Notes: a model not told the origin generated them from the letters alone. A stretch of 64,000 nucleotides of DNA from Chloroflexota bacterium (GCA_004297775.1 SCUE01000016.1:41666-105665), one strand, 5' to 3'. Positions 7,983 through 17,576 are shown, counted from the first letter of the stretch. Numbers and translations: made by a program.

Positions 7983-9598
7983 TGAAGCTCGCGCCGCGAT
8001 CCCGTTCGCCTCGCCTCGCCCGCGCCGTGGCGGACCGATCGTTGGCCGCCGAATTGCGTCCGTTCGAACGTGCCGCCCGCCTCTCCAGCGCACTGGTCTG
8101 GGCGATGCGAGGTCTCGCCGTCGGCATAACGCTGACGCTTGCTCTCGCGCTGGCGTCGCGCTTCGGCGTCGTCACCGTCACGTTGGCGGCATGGTTCGTG
8201 CTGCCGATGGCTGCCCTCATCATCGGCACGATCGCTGGTTTGGCCCGCCACCGCCCGCTCGGGGAGATCGCCAGTGAGGTCGATCACCGCGCGAACTTGC
8301 GCGAGCGCGCCATCACCGCGCTGGAGATGACGGGCCGGTTCGATCCGCTGGCCCGCACTCAGATTGCCGACGCGGTCGAGCATCTTCGACGCCTCGAGCC
8401 GCTCGAGACATTCCCGCCCCGCCTGCCGAAGCGCTGGTCGATTGCCAGTCTGGTGATGGCGCTGGCGATGATCCCGTTCCTCTCACTTTCCCTCCCCGGC
8501 GGTAGTGGCGCACGCGACCGATCGGCCGAGATCGTGGCCGCCGAGGCCGAACGTATCGAGGCGATCGCGGAGGAGATCGAGCGTGAGAGCGTGGCTGATT
8601 CCGGCGAGGAGCGGCCGGCCGCCGCCGCCGCGGTCCTCCGAGAGATCGCCGCGCAACTGCGCCAGGAGGTCAATGCCGAGCGTGCGCTGGCCAGCGTCGG
8701 TGAAGCAGAGCGCCGGCTGAGCGCGCTCCAGGATTCCCGGGCGTTCGACGCCGCGTCGGCGCTCGCGCGCGTGGCCGATACGCTCGATCGCGAGACGCGC
8801 ACGCGCGGGGTTTCGAACGCCCTCGACCGTCGCGACTACGCGCGCGCGGCTCGCGAGATGTCTCAACTCGGGCCTCGCGCCGCCCAGGGATCGAGTGCCG
8901 ATCGACAGGCGATTGCGGAGGCTCTCCGACAGGCCGGCGCGGCCGCGTCTCGGTACGACGAGCGACTCGGGCAGGCTCTGCGCGAAGCATCCGAGCGCGC
9001 TCGGCAGGGGGACGAAGGCGCAACCGAACGGGCGACGAGCGAGCTGAATCGCCTTGGAAACGAAAGCCGACGACAAGAGGCGCTCGAACGAGCTCTCAGC
9101 CAGCTACAGGAAAGCCGACAGGCGCTCACGTCCGGTCGTGAGGGCAGCGGCGCGCGTCCCTCCGAGCGAGCGGCTGGGGCCGATGGCGATGATCCAAGCG
9201 CCGGATCTGGCGCCGGCGACCGTGGCGGCCAGGGTCAGGGCCAGTCCGGCGGTCAAGGGTCTGGCGGGCAGGCCGGCGATGGTGAGGGCGGCGATCCGAG
9301 CAGCGGTTCCGGCGCCGGAACCGGGACATCGACGCGCACGACCGACGTGTACGACCCGGCCGCGACGCGAGCCCGCCAGGTGCAGGTGCCGGGTGGTGAT
9401 TTCGACCGACCGACGTTCGGCGAGAGTGAGGAGCAGAGCGATAGCGCCGACGGCGAAGTCACCGTCGACTACCGATCGGTCCTCCCCACGTACCAGGAGC
9501 GCGCGACGCGTGCCATGCAGGATCGCTACATCCCTCTCGGCATGAAGGAACTGGTGCGCGAGTACTTCTCGTCGCTCCAGCCGCCCGGCGTCCGATGA
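7979..9598 (+). CDS. Membrane-anchored Ala/Glu/Arg-rich coiled-coil protein with a Gly/Ser/Asp low-complexity tract
   Basis: Two N-terminal TM helices, then long helical AEAERIEAIAEEIERE-type sequence, then GDRGGQGQGQSGGQGSGGQAGDGEGGDPSSGSGAGTG, then the conserved-looking tail VDYRSVLPTYQERATRAMQDRYIPLGMKELVREYFSSL. The TTG (7979) or ATG (7982) start overlaps the upstream stop. Confidence 0.65.
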   Translation: MMKLAPRSRSPRLARAVADRSLAAELRPFERAARLSSALVWAMRGLAVGITLTLALALASRFGVVTVTLAAWFVLPMAALIIGTIAGLARHRPLGEIASEVDHRANLRERAITALEMTGRFDPLARTQIADAVEHLRRLEPLETFPPRLPKRWSIASLVMALAMIPFLSLSLPGGSGARDRSAEIVAAEAERIEAIAEEIERESVADSGEERPAAAAAVLREIAAQLRQEVNAERALASVGEAERRLSALQDSRAFDAASALARVADTLDRETRTRGVSNALDRRDYARAAREMSQLGPRAAQGSSADRQAIAEALRQAGAAASRYDERLGQALREASERARQGDEGATERATSELNRLGNESRRQEALERALSQLQESRQALTSGREGSGARPSERAAGADGDDPSAGSGAGDRGGQGQGQSGGQGSGGQAGDGEGGDPSSGSGAGTGTSTRTTDVYDPAATRARQVQVPGGDFDRPTFGESEEQSDSADGEVTVDYRSVLPTYQERATRAMQDRYIPLGMKELVREYFSSLQPPGVR

Positions 9599-9602
9599 TC
9601 GA

Positions 9603-9668
9603 TCTGAAAGTGGCGTCCGGGACGCCCTCACTCCCGCCCTCTCCCAGAAGGAGAGGGGGACTTTCAGA
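9603..9668. repeat. Compound inverted-repeat element: a 9-bp closing stem enclosing two hairpins
   Basis: TCTGAAAGT (9603-9611) pairs with ACTTTCAGA (9660-9668). Inside are GGCGTCC-g-GGACGCC (9612-9626) and CCCTCTCC-cagaa-GGAGAGGG (9637-9657). Confidence 0.6.
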
Positions 9669-9731
9669 CCGAACATCGTGCGACGTGTCGCTGCTGGGAG
9701 CTCCCCACGACCATGACTGGAGAACGACCGC

Positions 9732-10718
9732 GTGACGAGTCAGGATCTGACGCCCGAGTCATTCATCGAAACGGCTCGACGCATCGAAGCGGAAATCGGC
9801 AAGGTCATCGTCGGCCAGCGCGACATCGTGCGCGGCGTCCTGATCAGCATTCTGGCCGGCGGCCACGTCCTTCTGGAGGGCGTCCCCGGCCTCGGCAAGA
9901 CACTGCTCGTGCGCACGCTCGCCCAGGCGCTTCGCCTCGAAGCGAGCCGCGTCCAATTCACGCCCGACCTCATGCCGGCCGACATCACCGGCACGAATCT
10001 GATCGTCGATGAGGGCGGCACCCGTTCGTTTCGCTTTCAACCCGGGCCGATCTTCGCCAATCTCGTGCTGGCCGACGAGATCAATCGCGCGACGCCGAAG
10101 ACGCAGTCGGCACTCCTGGAAGCGATGCAGGAGCGGCGCGTCACGATCGCGCGAACGAGCCACGTCCTCCGCGAGCCGTTCCTCGTGCTCGCGACACAGA
10201 ACCCGATCGAGATGGAGGGGACCTATCCACTGCCTGAGGCGCAACTCGATCGGTTCTTCTTCAAGCTGAATGTCGGCTTCCCCGGTGAGGACGACCTCGT
10301 GGAGATTGCGACGCGCACGACGAGCGGTGAGACGCGCTCCGCGACGCCGGTCGCCGACGGCGAGGCCGTCGTCGCAATGATCGGGATGGCGCGCGAACTG
10401 CCGATCGCCCGACCGGTCACGCGCTACGCGGCACGCCTTGTCCTGAACACGCATCCCACGACCGAGGGCGCGCCGCGCGAGGTCAAGCAGTTCGTCCGCC
10501 ACGGCGCGAGTCCGCGTGGGGTCCAGACGCTCGTCCTGGCCGGGAAGATCCGAGCCCTGCTCGAAGGGCGCTTCAACGTCGCGTTCGAGGACATTCGCGA
10601 AGTCGCCACGCCGGCGCTTCGCCATCGCGTGATCATGAGCTATGAGGGCGAGGCCGAGGGGTTGACGACCGACGCCATCGTCGCGTCGGCACTGGCCGCC
10701 ACGCCGCAAGCGCAATGA
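9732..10718 (+). CDS. MoxR-family AAA+ ATPase
   Basis: GHVLLEGVPGLGKT (Walker A), LADEINRATPKTQSALLEAMQERRVT (Walker B/sensor), RFFFKL. GTG start. Confidence 0.9.
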   Translation: MTSQDLTPESFIETARRIEAEIGKVIVGQRDIVRGVLISILAGGHVLLEGVPGLGKTLLVRTLAQALRLEASRVQFTPDLMPADITGTNLIVDEGGTRSFRFQPGPIFANLVLADEINRATPKTQSALLEAMQERRVTIARTSHVLREPFLVLATQNPIEMEGTYPLPEAQLDRFFFKLNVGFPGEDDLVEIATRTTSGETRSATPVADGEAVVAMIGMARELPIARPVTRYAARLVLNTHPTTEGAPREVKQFVRHGASPRGVQTLVLAGKIRALLEGRFNVAFEDIREVATPALRHRVIMSYEGEAEGLTTDAIVASALAATPQAQ

Positions 10719-11584
10719 GACCGGCCCCCGAGTTGCTGCGCCGGCTCGAACGACTCCGCATCACCAGCCGTGGTCGGGCGCGAAGTTCGTCCATCGGCGA
10801 GCGGCGCGGCCGCCGCCACGGCGCTTCGATGCAGTTCGCCGACTACCGATCGTACGCCGCCGGGGACGATCCGCGGCAGGTCGATTGGAACGTCTATGCC
10901 CGCGGCGGAAATCTCGTCGTGCGGCTCTTCGAGGAGGAGAGCCAAGTCGATATCCACATCGTCGTCGACGCATCGCGGTCGATGGATTTCGGCGCGCCCA
11001 GCAAGTTCGACGCGGCCCGACGCATCGCGGCCGCGCTCGGCCACGTCGCGCTGGCGCGGTTTGACCGGCTGTACCTGACCGCGATCGACGATCGCGCTGG
11101 GCCGACGACCGGTCCGCTGAGTGGCAAGGATCAGGCGTCGCTCCTCTTCGCCGCGGTCGAACGGATGGCGCCCGCCCGAGGCTCCGACCTCGCCTCGTCC
11201 CTCCAGTCGCTGGCCGCCCGGTTCGGCAGCGTGGGCCTGACGATTCTCATCTCCGACTTGATGACGCCGACCTGGGAAAACGGTTTACGTGCCCTCTCGC
11301 GTCGCGGGCACGAGATCGCCCTGATTCACGTGCTGGCGCCGGAGGAAGTCGTGCCGACCGCGGGCGAGGAACTGCGCTTGATCGATCGTGAGACCGGCCG
11401 CCACGTCGAGATTCACCTGGACGATGTCGCGCTCGATGCCTATGCCCGCCGCTTTGCCGCCTGGACCGGCGCGATCGAGCGGTTCTGCCGTGACCGGGCG
11501 ATCCGCTATGCGCGCGTCGATTCCGACACGCCGATCGAGACCGTCCTATTCGACGGCTTACGTCGGCGCGGTTTGGTCGCCTGA
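10715..11584 (+). CDS. DUF58 domain protein (MoxR partner)
   Basis: FADYRSYAAGDDPRQVDWNVYARGGNLVVRLFEEE is the hallmark DUF58 block. ATGA overlap with moxR. Confidence 0.85.
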   Translation: MRPAPELLRRLERLRITSRGRARSSSIGERRGRRHGASMQFADYRSYAAGDDPRQVDWNVYARGGNLVVRLFEEESQVDIHIVVDASRSMDFGAPSKFDAARRIAAALGHVALARFDRLYLTAIDDRAGPTTGPLSGKDQASLLFAAVERMAPARGSDLASSLQSLAARFGSVGLTILISDLMTPTWENGLRALSRRGHEIALIHVLAPEEVVPTAGEELRLIDRETGRHVEIHLDDVALDAYARRFAAWTGAIERFCRDRAIRYARVDSDTPIETVLFDGLRRRGLVA

Positions 11585-11592
11585 TCGGCCCG

Positions 11593-13431
11593 ATGACGCT
11601 GCTCGCTCCGTTTGGCCTAGTCGGCCTGATCGCGCTCGGCGTCCTCGTCGCGCTCTATCTCCTGAAGGCGCGCTATCGCGACCAGACCGTTGGATCGACC
11701 TACCTTTGGGAGCAACTCCGGCGCGACCTGGCGGTACATGAGCCGTGGCAGCGGCCTCGCTTCTCGGTGCTGCTGGTCGCGCAGGCTGCGATCCTGATCG
11801 GGCTCGCGCTCGCCCTGGCACGGCCGGCGCTCGTGGCCGGAGATTCCGCGCGCGAGTTCGCGGTCGTCGTTCTCGACGGCTCTGCCAGCATGCGCGCGAC
11901 CGATGTCGCGCCGAGTCGATTCGAGAAGGCGCGCTCGCTGGCACTCGAGCGATTGAGCGAACTGCCGGCCGGATCAACCGTCACTGTCATCCTGGCCGCG
12001 GCCGCGCCGCGCGTCGTGGTCGCCGAGGAAACCGATCGAACGGTTGCGTCGAACGCGGTCGCTCGCGCCGAGGCGACCGATGACGCCGGCGATATTGCGG
12101 CGGCGCTGCGAATGGCGGTGGCCCTTTCGCGTGGTCGCGCCAACCCAACGGTTCATCTCTTCTCCGACAACGCTTTCGATGCCCCGGCGTTCGATACCGC
12201 GGGCATTCGGCTGCGACACGATGTCATCGCCGGCGGCGATGACAACCGCGCCATCGTCGCCATCAGCGCCCGACCCGAAGTCGCCAATCGGCGTCGTTAC
12301 GAGGCGTTTGCGCGGGTGCGGAATTATGGGACCACGCCGGCGCCGGCGACGATCGCCCTTTACGTCGATGGCGCGCTGACTGACTCGCGCGCGTTGACGC
12401 TCGAGTCGCGCGCCGATGCCTCGGCGACATTCGTCGACCTGCCGCTCGGCGCGTCGACGATCGAGGCACGACTCCTTGAGAGCGACGCGCTGGCAAGCGA
12501 CGATCGCGCTTGGACGGTGCTCGAGCGACGCGAAGCTAGCCACATCCTGCTCGTCACGCGCGGCAACGTCTTCCTCGAACGCGTGCTCGGCCTCCTGCCC
12601 GGAGCGGAGTCGTTTCGTGTTCCGCCGCGTCGCGCCGGTGCGATCGACACCGGCGCCTACGACGTCATCGTCTACGACGGCCTGACGCCCGACATCCTGC
12701 CGCGCCGTCCGCTGCTGTTGATCAATCCGCAGGACGGTCCATCGCTGCCCATCGGCGGGTTCACCCGCCGCCCCGGCGCGCTCGTCGCCGATCCGGACGA
12801 TCCACTCATGAAGTTCGTCGATCTTCGCGAGGCGCGCGTCGCGCGGCTGGCCCTGGTGTCGGCGCCGTCATGGGCGCGAGTCGTCGCCGAGGCCGACGGC
12901 GCGCCGGCGATCCTGGCCGGCGAGCACGAGGGTCGCCGAATCGTCATCTTCCTTTTCGACCTTCAGAACTCGAATTTGCCGCTCGCTTCGTCGTTCCCGA
13001 TCCTGATGGCGAACGTCATCGGCTACCTCGAACCGTCCCGAGCGGTCGATGTCGGCGCGACTCACGCGGGCGCGCTCGTCGATGTCGTGCCGCGCCCGGG
13101 AACCGACGCCATCCGTGTGGAAGCGGAGTCTGGCCCGCTCTGGATGCGGCCGATCCGGGGAGGCCTGACCGCGATCGAGGCGCCGTCGCGCATAGGACTC
13201 TATGGACTCGTTCAATTGAGCGCTGGCGAAACGATCGCGATCGATCCTCTGGCCGTCAACCTGACCGACGCGGCCGAGTCCGACACCCGGCCGCGCGCAC
13301 CGGATCTCAGCGTGGCTGGTGATGCCCTCGCGGCGGGACCGCCGGCCAGCCGCGAGATCGTCGCGAGCGTGATCATCGCCGTCGCGGCGCTGGTCGTCGG
13401 CGAGTGGTGGTGGTTCCACCGGAGGGCATGA
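11593..13431 (+). CDS. BatA-like membrane protein (aerotolerance-regulator N-terminal domain plus VWA-like region, C-terminal TM)
   Basis: N-terminus MTLLAPFGLVGLIALGVLVALYLLKARYRDQTVGSTYLWEQL matches the BatA_N pattern. VVLDGSASM is MIDAS-like. The C-terminal helix is IVASVIIAVAALVVGEWWWF. Confidence 0.75.
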   Translation: MTLLAPFGLVGLIALGVLVALYLLKARYRDQTVGSTYLWEQLRRDLAVHEPWQRPRFSVLLVAQAAILIGLALALARPALVAGDSAREFAVVVLDGSASMRATDVAPSRFEKARSLALERLSELPAGSTVTVILAAAAPRVVVAEETDRTVASNAVARAEATDDAGDIAAALRMAVALSRGRANPTVHLFSDNAFDAPAFDTAGIRLRHDVIAGGDDNRAIVAISARPEVANRRRYEAFARVRNYGTTPAPATIALYVDGALTDSRALTLESRADASATFVDLPLGASTIEARLLESDALASDDRAWTVLERREASHILLVTRGNVFLERVLGLLPGAESFRVPPRRAGAIDTGAYDVIVYDGLTPDILPRRPLLLINPQDGPSLPIGGFTRRPGALVADPDDPLMKFVDLREARVARLALVSAPSWARVVAEADGAPAILAGEHEGRRIVIFLFDLQNSNLPLASSFPILMANVIGYLEPSRAVDVGATHAGALVDVVPRPGTDAIRVEAESGPLWMRPIRGGLTAIEAPSRIGLYGLVQLSAGETIAIDPLAVNLTDAAESDTRPRAPDLSVAGDALAAGPPASREIVASVIIAVAALVVGEWWWFHRRA

Positions 13432-16400
13432 TGCCGACGCTTGCCGCGCCGACGGGTCTGTTCCTCCTTCTGATCGCTCCGATCCTCGTCTGGCTTGCCC
13501 TGCGCAGCCGGCGGGCGATGCGGCCACGATTGCTCTGGTCGTCGCTGGCGATCCGGCTCCTGGTCGTGCTGCTGCTGGCCCTGGCTCTGGCCGATCCGCG
13601 CGTGCCACGCACAGCCGACCGGCTGGCGGTCGCGTTCCTGGTCGATCTCTCCGACAGCATCGGCCGCGCCGCGCGCGACGAGGCGCAGGTGTTCGTCACC
13701 GATGCCCTGAAGGCGATGCCCTCCGGCGATCTCGCCGCCATCGTCGCGTTCGGCGGCGACGCTGTCGTCGAGCGGACTCCGAGCCGTGACCGCGAACTGC
13801 GCGTCATCGAGTCGTCACCGCCATCCGGCGCGACCGACCTCAGTGCCGCCATCCGGGTTGGACTCGGTGTTCTGCCGACCGACGGCGCGCGCCGGATCAT
13901 CGTCCTCTCGGACGGAAACGAGAATCGCGGCCACGCGCGTCAAGAAGCGCGTGTGCCGGCGAGCGTCGGTGTTCCGATCGACTACGTGACGATCGGCGGT
14001 GCGCTCGGCGCGGCCGAAGTGTCGATCCGGAACCTCGAAGCCCCGGCGGCGCTACGCGACGGCGACACGTTTACCCTGCGCATGACCGTCGACTCGACCG
14101 TCGAGACGACCGCCCGCGTCATTCTCCTGGTCGACGGACGGCTCCAATCGGGCGATGTCCTCGGCGCGCCGCTTCGCCTTCAACCCGGCGCCAACAACAT
14201 CGCGATCCCGCGCGATCCCCTTGCGCCTGGCTTCCACGTATTTCGCGTCCAGATCGAACCGGCTGTCGACACCGTCGCCGAGAACAATGAAGCGAGCGCC
14301 TTTTCCGTCGTTTCCGGTCGGCCGCGTACGCTCGTCGTCGAGGCCACCGCCGGACAGGGACGTTACCTGGCCGACGCGCTACGCGCCGGTGGGATCGAGA
14401 CGACGCTGGCCGCGCCGAACGCGATGCCGACCGACCTGAGCGCGCTTCGACTATTCGACGCGGTCGTGCTCGTCAACGCTCCAGCCTCGGCGTTCGCGCC
14501 AGCCCAGTTGCGATCGTTGAAAACCTACGTGCAGTCTCTCGGAGGTGGCCTCGTCCTCGTTGGCGGCGACCGATCGTTCGCCCTCGGCGGCTACCAGCGG
14601 ACCGCGCTGGAGGAGATGTCGCCACTTTCGATGCAACGGCGCGGGACCCGCGCACAATCGAGCGTCGCGCTCCTGCTCGTGATCGATAACTCTGGCTCGA
14701 TGGGCGAATCGGTCGGCGGCATGTCGAAGCTTGATCTCGCCAAGGAAGCCGCGGTCAGTTCGCTCGATTTGCTGACGCCGGCCGACCGCCTCGGCGTCAT
14801 CGCCTTCGACGATCGCGCGCGCTGGCTGCGCGAGATATCCGAATTGACCGATTCGACTACCGCGACTCGTCAGATACGACAAATGGCACAGGGCGGTGGC
14901 ACGGCGATCTACCCAGCACTCGAGACGGCCTTCGACGCGCTCGCAAAGATCGACGCGCGGGTCCGTCACATCGTTCTCCTGACCGACGGCATCTCGCCAT
15001 CCGGCGACTACGAAAGCCTGACCCGTCAGATGCGGCAGGCGAACATCACGCTCTCGACGATCGGCGTCGGCAACGATGCCGATGTGAACCTCCTGCGTCG
15101 GCTCGCGACCGACGGCGCGGGTCGCTTCTACGAGGGGTCCGACCCGTACCAGGTGCCGCAGATCCTGGTGAAGGAAACGCTCGAAATCGCGCGGACCGCG
15201 ATCGTCGAGGAGCCATTCAAGCCGCTACCGGTCGGGTCGAGTCCGATCCTCGATGGAATCGATACCGCCGCGATGCCGCCGCTGCGGGGGTACATCGCGG
15301 TGACGCCGAAGCCGGCCAGCCTGATTGTCCTGGGCAGCCGGCAGGGCGACGCGATCCTGGCGGAGTGGCAGTTCGGCCTCGGTCAGGTCATCGCCTGGAC
15401 GTCTGACGCCGAGAACCGCTGGTCAGCCGACTGGCTGGAATGGCGCGAGTTCAGCCAGTTCTGGAGTCAGGTCGTCAAGCGGGCCGTCCCGGCGCGCGTC
15501 GACACGAACATGCAGACGTCGATCGCCGTCGAGCCGGATCGCGCTCGCCTGAGCGTCGACGCGCTCGATGATACCCGGGCATTCCGCAACGAACTGACGA
15601 TCTCGGCCAACGTGCTCGACGCGAACGGTCGCGCGACGACGGTCGAGTTGCCGCGCGAGGGACCCGGACGGTATGAGACGTCGGTGCCGATCGCGGGCGA
15701 CGGTCCGCGGCTGATACAGGTCGTCGCGCGAGATCCCTCCGGCGCTGTCGTCGGCTCGCAGTCATCCGGATTCATCGCCAACGCGAATACCGAATACTGG
15801 CAACTGAAGCCGAACGCGGCGCTCCTGGCGGCGATCGCGAATCAGACTGGCGGCGTCGAGCGACGAACCCCGGTGGACGTGTTCGCACACAACCTGCGCG
15901 CGCCCGGCGCTGGTCTCGAACTCGCCCCCTGGTTGATCGGCCTGGCGATACCGCTCTTCCTGCTCGATGTCGCGGCCCGCCGCCTGCGCGTCTCGATGAC
16001 GCTTCTCGATCGCATCCGCGCGCGCCTCGCCGCCGCGCGCCAGCGTCGGCCGCGGCCGACGCCGATCTTCGCTTCGGTCCTGGCTCACCGCTCCGCGCGC
16101 CGCGAGGCCATCCCCGAAGGAGTTGCCACGACCGCGACCCGCCTTGCCGCCGCGCGCTCGGCGTTTGCGTCACAGCGAAGCGCCACGGACGTCGGAGGCG
16201 GACGTGGTTCGCGGCGATCTCCCTCGGTCGCGCGTCCCGAGGCTATCAGCCAGGTCGGCGATGGGGAGATGGCACCAGCGCGCGCCCGGCGTCCGATCGT
16301 GGCCACGGCGCCTTCCGAGCGCGGACGATCAGCGCGTCCCGCGTCCAATGTATCCGAGCGTGTGTCGCCGCCACGGCCGGCCACACTACGCAAACCGGTC

Positions 16401-16517
16401 GCCGGTTCCTCCGACCGTCCACCGGCGCAGACTCCCGCGACACTGACGGAGGGTGCCGGTGGCACCGCCGCGCGCCTCCTCGCGGCCAAGAATCGGGGCC
16501 GCCCTGGCAGTCGCTGA
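13428..16517 (+). CDS. Large membrane protein with two von Willebrand factor A domains and a disordered Arg/Ala/Pro-rich tail
   Basis: ATG at 13428 is preceded by GGAGGG and overlaps the upstream stop. FLVDLSDSIG and LLVIDNSGSMGE are two DxSxS MIDAS motifs. There are N-terminal TM helices and a late TM helix (LELAPWLIGLAIPLFLLDVAA). Confidence 0.8.
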   Translation: MMPTLAAPTGLFLLLIAPILVWLALRSRRAMRPRLLWSSLAIRLLVVLLLALALADPRVPRTADRLAVAFLVDLSDSIGRAARDEAQVFVTDALKAMPSGDLAAIVAFGGDAVVERTPSRDRELRVIESSPPSGATDLSAAIRVGLGVLPTDGARRIIVLSDGNENRGHARQEARVPASVGVPIDYVTIGGALGAAEVSIRNLEAPAALRDGDTFTLRMTVDSTVETTARVILLVDGRLQSGDVLGAPLRLQPGANNIAIPRDPLAPGFHVFRVQIEPAVDTVAENNEASAFSVVSGRPRTLVVEATAGQGRYLADALRAGGIETTLAAPNAMPTDLSALRLFDAVVLVNAPASAFAPAQLRSLKTYVQSLGGGLVLVGGDRSFALGGYQRTALEEMSPLSMQRRGTRAQSSVALLLVIDNSGSMGESVGGMSKLDLAKEAAVSSLDLLTPADRLGVIAFDDRARWLREISELTDSTTATRQIRQMAQGGGTAIYPALETAFDALAKIDARVRHIVLLTDGISPSGDYESLTRQMRQANITLSTIGVGNDADVNLLRRLATDGAGRFYEGSDPYQVPQILVKETLEIARTAIVEEPFKPLPVGSSPILDGIDTAAMPPLRGYIAVTPKPASLIVLGSRQGDAILAEWQFGLGQVIAWTSDAENRWSADWLEWREFSQFWSQVVKRAVPARVDTNMQTSIAVEPDRARLSVDALDDTRAFRNELTISANVLDANGRATTVELPREGPGRYETSVPIAGDGPRLIQVVARDPSGAVVGSQSSGFIANANTEYWQLKPNAALLAAIANQTGGVERRTPVDVFAHNLRAPGAGLELAPWLIGLAIPLFLLDVAARRLRVSMTLLDRIRARLAAARQRRPRPTPIFASVLAHRSARREAIPEGVATTATRLAAARSAFASQRSATDVGGGRGSRRSPSVARPEAISQVGDGEMAPARARRPIVATAPSERGRSARPASNVSERVSPPRPATLRKPVAGSSDRPPAQTPATLTEGAGGTAARLLAAKNRGRPGSR

Positions 16518-16573
16518 TGATCGTTTCTCCGCCGAGGAATGTGCGATCCTCCTTCGACCACCGGGAGGGTTCG

Positions 16574-17461
16574 ATGCCACGCAAAGTCCTGATCACCGGC
16601 GCGACTGGGTACGTCGCCAGCCAGATGTTGCCGACCATGCGTGAGAAATACGATCTCGTCGTCTGTGACGCGCGCGCGACCGATCGGAACGGTCAGATCG
16701 TCCCAGGTGTCCAGATCGCCGACCTGACGAATCCCGATCTCGATGCCAATGCGCATTTGTTCGTCGGTGTCGATACGGTCGTGCATCTCGCCTACAAGCA
16801 CCGTTCGCGAGATCCCGACCGTGACTACTTCGACGAAAGATCGAACGTCGATATGGCCTACAACGTCTACAAGCTGACGCAGCGCGCCGGCGGCCGACGT
16901 GTCGTGATGGCCAGCTCGAATCACGCCGCCGATTTCTGGGAGTATCCGATCTGGGAGCGGAAGATCGATGGCATTTCGCCGGATGCTCCGCGGCCGCTGT
17001 CGGACAATTTCTACGGCTGGGCGAAGGAGACGTACGAGCATCTCGGCTTCGTCTTCGCGACCGGTGGCGCGGGACGGCCGATCGAGGTCGTCCAGATCCG
17101 CATCGGCGCGCCCCGGCCGATCGCGGCCGAGCCGTTCTTCGCCGGCGACCGGAACGATCCGGTCGCCTACACGCGCGATCTCGGCGCGTTCATCTCGCCG
17201 CGCGATCTGACGCAGTTGTTCGACCGGTCGATCGAGACAATGGATATCCGCAACGAATGGGGCGTGCCGTGGCAGGTGTTCTACGGCATCTCGGGCAACA
17301 CTCGCGCGTTCTGGAGCATCGCCAACGCGCGGCGCGTCATCGGCTACGAGCCGGAAGATGACTCCGAAATCCTCTACCGCGACGACATCGCGCGCCATCT
17401 CACGCGCTCGCCCTTCGCCGGCCCGCTGCTGCGCGGCAAGGATCGTCGCGGCGGGTTCTGA
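16574..17461 (+). CDS. NAD-dependent epimerase/dehydratase family protein
   Basis: MPRKVLITGATGYVASQM (GxxGxxG Rossmann motif) preceded by GGGAGGG. YGWAKETYE is YxxxK-like. Confidence 0.75.
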   Translation: MPRKVLITGATGYVASQMLPTMREKYDLVVCDARATDRNGQIVPGVQIADLTNPDLDANAHLFVGVDTVVHLAYKHRSRDPDRDYFDERSNVDMAYNVYKLTQRAGGRRVVMASSNHAADFWEYPIWERKIDGISPDAPRPLSDNFYGWAKETYEHLGFVFATGGAGRPIEVVQIRIGAPRPIAAEPFFAGDRNDPVAYTRDLGAFISPRDLTQLFDRSIETMDIRNEWGVPWQVFYGISGNTRAFWSIANARRVIGYEPEDDSEILYRDDIARHLTRSPFAGPLLRGKDRRGGF

Positions 17462-17549
17462 GCAATCGCGCGCGTGGATAGAATGAGCCGGGTGACCAGT
17501 CAGGCAGTGGGCTCTGATCTGAGCAATCGCGCGCGTGGATAGAATGAGC
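17457..17549. repeat. Two copies of a perfect 32-bp direct repeat with a 61-bp period
   Basis: TCTGAGCAATCGCGCGCGTGGATAGAATGAGC occurs at 17457-17488 and 17518-17549. Each copy contains TGGATAGAAT (an extended -10-like TAGAAT). Confidence 0.9.
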
Positions 17550-17576
17550 GCCGTCAACGCAATCGGAGGAACCACA

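Noticed and set aside
9170-9330. Gly/Ser/Asp-rich repetitive stretch as a DNA tandem repeat or contingency locus.
   Set aside because: It is an imperfect low-complexity coding tract inside the 7979..9598 gene, with no exact nucleotide periodicity.
17457-17549. Possible CRISPR array.
   Set aside because: There are only two copies of a 32-bp repeat with a 29-bp spacer, no further repeats and no cas genes in the window. It is reported as a tandem direct repeat instead.
16085-17575. 496-aa minus-strand ORF spanning the end of the VWA gene and the whole epimerase gene. Similar long shadow ORFs include 398..895, 500..1249, 637..1500, 5654..6406, 9759..10715, 30163..31179, 36353..37444, 37323..38396, 43729..44694, 45953..46687, 52819..53847 and 62880..63620.
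   Set aside because: They are antisense or out of frame to ORFs with clear family motifs. They have Arg/Ala/Pro/Gly-rich compositions typical of non-coding frames in high-GC DNA, and no recognisable domains.
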